NCBI GenBank assembly: GCA_039621445.1
Contig: CP154954.1
Span: 10,249,521 to 10,313,520, forward strand
Direction of reading: 5' to 3'
Source of the DNA: Euglena gracilis
Lineage: Eukaryota
DNA length: 64,000 bases
Made by a program: the position numbers and the translations under genes. Shown one piece after another: positions 12,524 to 22,271 of this stretch. How positions within the stretch are numbered: position 1 is the stretch's first letter; every line of letters begins with the position of its first letter. Below the pieces are notes generated by a model. That model did not search any database, had not been told where the DNA came from, and saw nothing but the letters and a program-made list of their open reading frames with translations.

Positions 12524-15500
12524 CTTAGGCGGCCTAATTCGCACTTAAGATTTTTATTTTTATTTGCGCACTTGCGCAAATTTCCGAATTTTTTGATTCT
12601 TCTTTGTTTCGGCTGTGAAGGTCACGTTGACAAGAGAGCGCAAAAAAATGAGCGAAATTCTGATTTTGGCGGTATGACCCCCGGGACTTTGGCAAAAAAT
12701 GGTGTTTTTGGGGTGTACCAAAATGGACTTTGTACGTCGAAACCCCCGGGGACCTTGCCGGCCCACACTGAAAAAAACGCAAAAAAGCGGCAAAGGAATG
12801 GGACCTTTACTGCCCTTGTTGCTTCTTTCGGCTGTGTCCCCGGGTGTGCCCGAGCTGCCGGCGGTGTGCGTCCTGAGTGTTTGCCGGACTGCTTTGCTTG
12901 CGACGCCTTGCTGTGGTGTTTTTGGGCTGTTTGTTAAAGCGCGGGGAGGAGGTGCCGGGGGGGTGTGAGTGTGGTGTGACCAAGCGGGAAGGAGGAACGC
13001 AGTGAGAGGAAGGTAAGTGTGGGGTGTTTGGCAAGGGAAGTGCAGGGGGGAAGAAATAGGGTCCGCAGGGACTGAGGGGGATGGGTGTCTCCCACCCGGC
13101 TTACACCCGGGATCCGCACAACCAGTTTTGTGGCAAATAACAAAGCAGAAGAAGCCCAACACTGGAAGGACAAAATTGTGTTTATTTGCGCAAATGCGCG
13201 CACCAACATGTTTATGTTTATTTGCGCAATTGCGCAAATAAACAATAAACATGTCTTTCAAGGATTGGGCTTTAGCACCCATGAACTGACGCCATTGATA
13301 AACGGTGTGATAAAGGAGCTGTGAGTGCGCAGACCAACGGGCCATCCAGTTGGTGGGTTTGTCACACTGTTTGTCGACGGCGCAAGCTCATGGGCGCAAA
13401 TGCGCAGATAAACATAAATTATGTTTATGCGCGCGCAAATAAACCTGTTCTTTGTTTATTTGCGCAAATGCGCAAATAAACACAAAGAAGAACGGTGCGA
13501 CGGAAACACAACTGACAAACACCAGCAGCAGATGTGGCTTATTTGCGCATTTGCGCGCATCACATTGTTTGTGGGCACAAATGCGCAAATAAACTGCATG
13601 AATTAACTGCACAAGTTACTATGTTTATTTGCGCATTTGCGCAAATGAACAACGAGATGCGCGCAAATGCGCAAATAAACAACCAATGGAGGAGTAAAAA
13701 GCGACTCATTTGGTCCTCCTTCTGCTACCCTTAGTGGCTTCTGAATTGGAAAGCAAATGACCACACCGTCTCCTCCGGCACATGGTGTTATGGTGCCGTT
13801 TTTGGGCCATTGACAGGTCCCAGGAAAGGTTGAGGCAAAGGATGTCCTGAAGGTGGGTGCGCAGCCACCCAGGCCACCCAGTAACGGTACACGTCCACCG
13901 GCACCAATTTTTAGGTCCCAAGGGCCCTGCCACTGGCCTGCGGCCTCGGCTCCGCTGTTGCAGCCACATCAGGTGCTGGTGCTTTCAGCACTTTTTGATT
14001 TGAAGAAGTGACACTTGAAGAAGGTGAGGGTGCGGTATATGGGGTGGTAGTCCTCCACGCTCCCCCAACCTCCCCGGTGCAACAACACCCAGCTTTAGCG
14101 GCCACGTTATATCTCGCAACCGGGGTGTGAGACTGGGGGGACGACGTGGAGCTAGTTCATGACAACCAACAGCCGGAGAAAGGTAGCCCTCAAACACCCG
14201 TTACTTTGGGTGCAAGGAATTGTTGAACCTTTACCACTGGACTGGTGGCATCAAAGCGGTGGGATTCACTCCCCCCCCAAATTATGCACAAAATCTGGTG
14301 TGTTTTACGTTTTTCAAAGGGAAAAATGGTGGAGAAATCAAGAAAAGGGACTCCGGCCCGATGCATCCCGGGTATTTCAGGTGCCAAATTTTGTCTTCTT
14401 GAAACGCAGCACTGTTGCAGAAAAGGTGTCCAACAGTCACAGGTGGTTTGCACGCCATCAATTCATGACGTTTAACTGCCAAACGGATGCCGCCAAAACA
14501 ACAGGCCGTTCGGGCCGGGTAACAGCAGTGCAAATGTGCACACACAAGACAGCCAAATTTTGGCCAGTCACATGCCATGTTCCAGTGAGCATTACACACT
14601 GCCTCTCACCACAAATTTCATCACCACGTAATCGTGGTGCAAATCAATGGTTGGCGTGAGGAAATGCATTCGCCAGCCGTCACGGAGGAGGAGATGGTAC
14701 CACACAGCTGATGTTTGTTTATTTGCGCATTTGCCCAAATAAGCACAACTTTGTTTGTGTGTGTTAAGGCTCGCTGAAACACATCATTTTGAAGCGGTTT
14801 ATTAAATGTTTATTTGCGCATTTGCGCAAATGCGCGCACAAACGTAATTGTGTTTATTTGTGCAAATGCGGATGCAAATGAAGAGAGGCACACACCCCTT
14901 GTTACGACACTTGAAAATGATGCTGAAATGCTGGCTGAACTGATTGTGATAATGCCGCCGCCGATGAACACACGGAGCCTCATTACATCACACAACACAG
15001 ACTACGTCAGCCAGCCAGCCATCACGCAACTGATGTGTGTTTATTGGCGCATTTGCGCAAATAAAAACAATTGTGTTTGTGGGCGCATTTGCGCAAATAA
15101 AACGTAAACCGATGATGATAAAATGACGTGTTGGTGGGCGCAAATGCGCAAATGCGCAAATAAACAAAATTGGTGGTGTGCGCATTTGCGCAAATGCGCA
15201 CACCAACATGTTTATGTTTATTTGCGCAAATGCGCCCACCAGCATGTATTTTACTTTCTATGTTAAAAGACACCTATGAGGACCATGACCCTACAAGGTT
15301 TTAAAACGTGATGTGCGTGTTGGTGTGCGCTCTGTTTGACATTCCTGAGCACCAATCTCACCCTCCGCCCTATTCACATCACTTGGTGAGCAGCATTTAC
15401 ACCAAACCACTGGGAGTTAATCCCCTCCAATAGAGGGTTGTAATGGTTCATAAATTGTGTTCCGTGTGTCAGGGTACAGGGTCCAGGAATTTTGTAAAAT

Positions 15501-15567
15501 TTACGCATTTGCGCAAATGCGCAAATTCTAAAGGGAAACCCCTTAAGTGCGAATTCGGCCGCCTAAG
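12524..15567. mobile_element. About 3.0-kb TIR DNA transposon, degenerate, possibly pogo/Tc1-mariner-like
   Basis: 26-bp terminal inverted repeat CTTAGGCGGCCTAATTCGCACTTAAG (12524-12549) / CTTAAGTGCGAATTCGGCCGCCTAAG (15542-15567) with 1 mismatch. It is flanked by ATA/ATA, or by TA if the TIR starts at GGCGGCC. About 20 clusters of the ATTTGCGCAAAT-type palindrome lie inside. Confidence 0.8.
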
Positions 15568-15886
15568 ATACATGTGAATTCACTCACAACGGCATTCCTG
15601 CTTGGGTTTTTTGACTCGTCTCAGTCGTTATTGTCTTTTAATGTTCTCATTGCCATAAAATTGTTGTGATATTTGTTTTTTATTTAATCCCGTCCACAGC
15701 AGGCGCCAGCTCATGTATGGTACCACACACCACCCACCGAGGCTTGCACAAGTTGGCTACTGGCTGCATTGGCAGGTGTGCTTGTGTTGCAATGCGCTTT
15801 TCTGAAATGATTGACATTTGCATTGCACCCTGAGCACCAATAGTTTCAGAATAATTTATATTTTTAAAATATATTTCAGAGTTTTA

Positions 15887-16026
15887 TGCAGTGTGCAGTG
15901 GGTGTAGGTGTGTGCATAGATGACGAGTAAATGAATTCCGGATATCTCCATATCATTGCAGTGTGCGGTGGGTGTAGGTGTGTGCATAGATGACGAGTAA
16001 ATGAATTCCGGATATCTCCATATCAT
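15887..16026. repeat. 70-bp tandem duplication
   Basis: tgcagtgtgc(a/g)gtgggtgtaggtgtgtgcatagatgacgagtaaatgaattccggatatctccatatcat occurs twice. Confidence 0.9.
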
Positions 16027-16788
16027 CACTCAGGCCATAAACTTGATAGATTCATTTAACACCTTGTGATCCGGGGGGTTTCGAGAGTTTGTTGGGGCTG
16101 CTGGACCCCCTGGGGGAGGGGGCTGCGCCAAGGTCCAGTCTGGCTGGGCCAAAAGGCTGAAATCCCTTGAAAATGTTGTTCAAGAGTTTTCGGTCAATTT
16201 TGGATGGACTGCTGGCTGGCTGGGTGGGTGAGTCTTTTCCAAGAAAGTGGGTTTGGGCTGGAAAAAGTGCACACACCCCACACTAAATTATTCCACGACC
16301 CAGGCGATGCTGGCTGATTTCTCATTTGGGATGTGGTCAGCTAGGACTGTGCCTGCTTGTCGTGTCGAGAAAACATTGGGCACACAATTTTCACAAATTT
16401 GACAGATTTTTTGTCATTTTCGCAGAAATTTGGCACACACAACTAAATTCACAACATATACATAAAAAATTTAATCTGTTTTTGTCGTCAAAAAAATTTG
16501 TTTGAAATATTTGGGTTGAAATTTGTGGGGTTGTCACCATCACCTTGGGAAGTCGTTACCTAGCCTTGTACTAAGTCATGTTCAGGGCGTTCAGCTTAAG
16601 AGAATTTTGACCGGGGGGGGGGGGCAAGCAGCAGCCTTTTTCCAGCCAGGACCCCCCAACGAGTTTTATTTATTTCGAGCCGCGCGGAGGACGGCTGGAT
16701 GGTTACACATTTTTCACTTCCAGGGGTACTAAAATGGGTCAAAAATGGGTCGGAAAAGGGCTGGCCAGGGCAGATTTGGGGCAGAATA

Positions 16789-16839
<51 letters not shown>

Positions 16840-16979
16840 TATTGGCAGTTTTTTTTTTTGGCACCTTTGACCCCTGGTCCGGCCCAGTTCAAGCCGGGGG
16901 ACCCTCATGGGAGGTTAGCCAGCAGCCCAAATTCCTTCCAATGGATGGGGGTTCAGGTGTCTCCCCCACCCCCGGCCCG

Positions 16980-19900
16980 GCCCACGGTGTTGCTGGCGGA
17001 CCCACTCGCCCCCTGCGGGCTCGCCGCACTGCGGGACGTGCGGTGCGCCGCGGTGGGGCTCGCTGGAGGCGGCGCGGAGCTCCAGGCCGCGCTGGCGACG
17101 CACCAGCCGGCCGTCCTGGTGTGCCCCCGGCCACAGTTGCCATTTTCATACAAAATTAGGCACGTTTTTTTTTTTTGCCTCGAAACCTCACACTCAGTGG
17201 GTGGACGACCTGTGTGGTGTCGCCCAGAGGATGCAACGAGACTGACAGCAACATGGTCACATCTGTGTGCAACGTGGTTGAATTTTTCAGGCAATCCGAT
17301 TCCATTGTGTCAAGGTGAGGCACTGAAACCAGATATTTTTTTAGTTCGTGACCTGGGGGGTGGGCCGACCCCCCCCCCTCCAGGCAGGGGTGTCGGGCTG
17401 TGTGGGTACCCCGCCAGAGGCGAGGTTTTGTTCTTTATTTTCCGCATGAAGCACCAAAAAAAAATTTTTGGACCCAAAATTGACTCCCAAAAGTGGATCT
17501 CCCCCCAGAGAGTGGGTACGTGTGTCCGGACCCTCCCTCCCCCGGGTGCTGAAAAAACCTCTGATTGAGACTCAGAAGTTGTTCCTTGACTCTTTTTCCC
17601 GCCTTGTGGCAGGTCGTAAGGTCCACAAAGGTCACTGCAGCCATGATGGACGCCTGCCCGTCATTGCAGCTCATTCTGCGGGCTGGTGTGTGGGTGTGTG
17701 GGTGGGAAGGTGAGTAGGTGTGGGTGTGCTATGTGTGTGTGTTATGTGCCTCTGTGTGTTTGGGTGGGTGGGTAGGTGGGTGGGTGGGTGGGTGGGGGTG
17801 ATTGTCAGGCTTCTTTAAGCGGAAGTGCGCACCCCTGGGGGGTGGGTGCTATGGGCAGGCAGAAGGGTCGGTCATTTTTTGACTTCCCCGGAGGTTGGGT
17901 TTTGGGGTGGGTGGTGCCACAGCACACCCCAGAGCCGAAGGCGCTGTGGCTGAAAAATGGCTATTTTCAAGGGAAATTTGGCTTGGTCGGCAGGCACCAG
18001 GGTCCAACCCAAACTTCTTTTCAAGTCAGAAGACCCCCTGGGGGGGGGGGTAGGTCCGGGTCTGGACCCCCCCCCCCCCCGGGGAAGGTCCCGGGGGGTT
18101 TGGGGAATGCCCTCACACGGCCCGATTTTTTGGATCCCCCCCCCCCCCTAGGGGGGAATCCAATCCCGCGCCAGGGGACCCCCCTCCCCCCCCCCGGCGT
18201 CTAAAAGTGGCCGGGTCTAAACCCCCCTGGAAGGTGTGCCTGCTATGGAGAGACACCACATATGGAACAAGACACCCCGCCTGGTGTGTGTGTGTGTGTG
18301 TGCTGCTGTGTCCAATTGTGCATTGTATAGCTGGTGCGGTGCCTCTTGAAGGTTATTGCGGGTGCGTTTTGCATTTTTGAACTGAATGGTATTTTTGGTG
18401 AAGTTCAATTGCCTTTCTTGGTGATGTTTTTCCAAAATCCACACATGGCTTCCTTGTTTTGAGATATGATTTGGTGCGGGGTGGCCACAGGGGCGGGAGT
18501 GGACAACGTCGACGTCGCCCATGCTGCTCAGCGGGGAATCCACGTCTGCAATTGCCCCGGAATGAACGCCACCGGTGTGTGCGTTTGCCTCGGTGACCCT
18601 CGTGGTTCTTTTTCTCGAAGCTTTGATCCCTTGAACAAGGTAGCTCATTTGCTTATTTTATTATTTTATTTTTTATGACACAATGACATTTGCATGTTGA
18701 GTTGGGTTTCTTGAAACTTGCAACTTGACATTCCTACCCCCCCCCCGAAAAACTGTCACCGGGACCCTGACAATGACCCTGAAATTTCATATAATGACAA
18801 GTAGGCCGGAACCAGAGACCCTGATGGATTCCCGGGCGGGACCCTGACAGTTCCCCTGGAGGGCATTTCAAGCGAAAGTAAAAGAAAAAATGACCCTGGC
18901 AGGTTGGCAGTACCGGGCTCCCTGACAACTTCCTACTCACAGGTTGGCCTGCAATAGGGACCCTGACAGTTTTCCGGCAAGGACCCGGACGGGTTCTCAG
19001 GCATGACAGTTTCCCGGGGGGGGGGGGGGTATCAGGCCCACACGATCTCGAGGACAAGGCCCGACAACAAGGCGGTCATAAAAAGACAGGATTGTTTATT
19101 TAAGGACCTGCTGATGTGCTGGAACAGGAATTTTTTTATTTAAGGACCGCCCAGGCTGACGATGGTCATCATTGGATGACAGAAATCAGGGAGGGGATTT
19201 TGGCCGCTGCATTCTGCTGCAGCAAGCGCAATCAGGTGGCAGCATCCCGGGTTGGATGAACCACGGGTTGCTTCCCGAAAAGGTTGTCAACCCCGGTGGG
19301 ACGACAAACGGTTGGAAAGGTGTGTGGTGTCTGGCTTTCCGTCATTTCCAGCGGTGGCGGAGCTCACAATCGGCCTCATGATCGCTCTTGACCGCCGGAC
19401 AGGGTTTTCTAAAGTATCGGCTCTTCACTGTGGAGGGTCTGGACCAGGCATTTTTAGGGCGAATTTTTTTCAAAAAGTTTTAAAGTTTTCCAAGCGTTTT
19501 TTAAGGTTTTCAAAAACTTAAAAAACACTTTTTTAACGCAATTTTGAGAACTTTTGAGTATTTTTAAGGTGTCTATTTTTCCAAGAGCACTCAAAAAACC
19601 ATGCTGGCATCGAACCAAAGTTGGTTCAGGTTGAAAATCAAAAAGTTCAGAACAGCAACAATTTTTTTTTTCGGTTGATAGACAATGCTTCAGCGAAGCC
19701 AAAAATCATCTCCCCCCGAGTTGGCTTGTTTTTGCCATATTTTGTTATTTCTTTTTGCTCGAAAAAATTTTTATGGTGTTTTAAGGCGCCTTAAAAAAAA
19801 TGCCTGGTCTGGACTCGGGAGGAGGGCGATTCATGGGACCCCGAAATTTTGCACCAAAACCCATCCTTCTTTCAAAGCACTTTTAAACAAAATGCCGAAC

Positions 19901-22240
19901 ACCAAATGGATCCTTTTGACGATGCCGCTGTTTAGGTGTGGGGTGCCCCCCACCCCACTCCATCTCCCCTGCTTGAACGCGAACCCTGCCGCCGGATCGT
20001 CGAAAACGTCACCGACAGCCGGCAGGGGCGGTGGGCCAAGGCAAAGCACTCCGCCGCCCTCGGCCTGGCAGGTGTGCAGTCCGGGGGTGCGCCGGGATGA
20101 CAGGTCAGTGTGTGTGATTGCTGGTTTGTCGGTTATCGCAAAATTCCCCCGCGATGAATAATATTTTTTTTCCAACCGGGTGGTAACAATGGATGACATC
20201 GGAGCATATTTTGGTCATACGTCCTATTGTTTGCTCTCAAAAAATGACGAAGGGCATTGTGCTTATATTTTTAAACTTTTTTGTGCCAATTTGTTTTGAT
20301 TTCAAATTTGCTTAAGTTTGAAATAGAGAAAACAACAAAACATCCGGCCAATTTTTTTTGGTTCATTTTAGGTTTTTTTAAGTTTTCTTCTGTTCGACGA
20401 TTTCGGATTTGGTGAAGCCAGTCATTCTGTACTTGAATACTCTTGTATTGCATTCGTACATTATCATACCCCCCCCCCCGGGCAATTGACGCCCCCAGGC
20501 AATTGACGCCCCCGGGCAATTGTCACCCCTGGCTGTGCCCGCCAATTTGTCACTCCGGGAAATTGTCACCCCCCTCTGTGCTGCCCAATTTGTCACCCTC
20601 CCGCAGAAGATGTCTGTGAATTTTCTTTTCGCCGACATAACTCGATTGATCTTCTATTTTGCTACAACGTGCTGAGAACTTTCGCATACCAAATGTTCTG
20701 CAAAATATCACAACCATAGCTGCATTTTTGCGCGTTCATTTGTGTTTTAGATGTTTTTTTTTTGGTTATTTGGTTTTTACATGGGTGGGCAATTGACACC
20801 CCTGGGCAATTGACGCCCCCGGGCAATTGTCACCCCCCCCCCCTGTGTGCTGCCCGATTTGTCGCGCGACAATTGCCGGGGGGGCGGCGGGTATCTGAAT
20901 GAGGCAGAGAAGTTTTTTATGTGACGTCATTTTTCATTATTTGTGCACTCTTAATTTCGTGGGTTGTTGGGCACCCCATGGGCATATATTTTCTGCTGCT
21001 CTCGTTGTCAGACTGCCCTCAACTTTGCGCAGCGCATTGCACCACAGGGGCTGGGGCGGGGACGTGCCAGTGTGCACTAATGTGTGAATGGCAACATCAC
21101 CAACGTCACAAAAAACCCTGCCTCCAAGCGCGATGCGGATCACGGCTTGGGCGATGTTTCCACTTCCAATCACTCCCAGCGTGCGCCCTGCGTGCGCACA
21201 GACACAGAATCACATCAGGGGATAATTGTTTGTTTTTTGAACTCACATTTCACAGCAAGGACAGCAATTGTTTGTACACCCTGATTTTTTTCGGTGGTGC
21301 CCAAACCCCGGCTCATAGAATGTGGTGACGGTGGAATTTTATTTGTTCCAGTATTTGCCGGCCCAAAAATACCTTTTCTTTTTTTTTTTTTGAGGTCGAC
21401 AGTTTCATATGAATGGGTGTTCCACACTGGGGAGGGGGTAGTTTGAAAAATCCCAATTATATTTTGGTAAAAATTTGCCTAGTCATCTCACTTTTTTTGG
21501 TGCTTATCGCTGTCTTTCAATATATCTCTTGGTTGGTCTGGTGGGAATGCCATTTTCCATGGCTTGGAATCCGGCACGTTGAGCCAAGGAGGTGAGGAAG
21601 TCTTGGACCGCTGCGTGTCGCTTGTAAAGGTTGTTGAATTTGCAACATAACAGGTGATGTCCTGAAACATCCAATGTTCCTTGGCATTTTACCACATGCC
21701 ATTTTCCCCGAAGGTGGTTGTGAAACTGAAATGTGAAACCATTAGGATTCCCAGCTGATTTTCTGAGTTGGTGAATGGCTTCTGCCAATCGTTGACGCCC
21801 GGTCAAACTTTAAGATTGTGCGCCAATATGCATAGAAATTAGACCCGAGTTTCACTGGCTGGCTCAAAAAGAAACCTCTTCTAAAATATGTGAATTATTT
21901 GAAATGAAAAATTACCCATGTGTCTGTGTGTCAAAACAGTTGAAATTGTTCTTACTCACTCTCTTCTTTCATCTTCCCGCAAAAATTCCCTTTTTTAAAC
22001 GCTTTTTTTGAGATTTCTTGAGATAAAAATATATTGTCCAAAGATCCACCAACCGATTGTCCAAAGATCCACCAACCGACTGGAGGACCCCATTTTTGAT
22101 TTGATAAACCATGGGGGGGCAGGGGGCAAGAGGGTCAACAGGAGCTATTCAAACCTTTCAAAATCTAAAGAGCTCTGTTCTTGATGCAGATGAACGTCAT
22201 CTGTTGGGGCCGGTGTGTGTGTGTGTGTGCGCGCGCGCGC

Positions 22241-22271
<31 letters not shown>

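Noticed and set aside
13180-15240. Palindromic repeats with unique spacers resembling a CRISPR array
   Set aside because: Repeat length and spacing are irregular, there are no cas genes, the context is eukaryotic, and the repeats lie within a TIR-bounded element.
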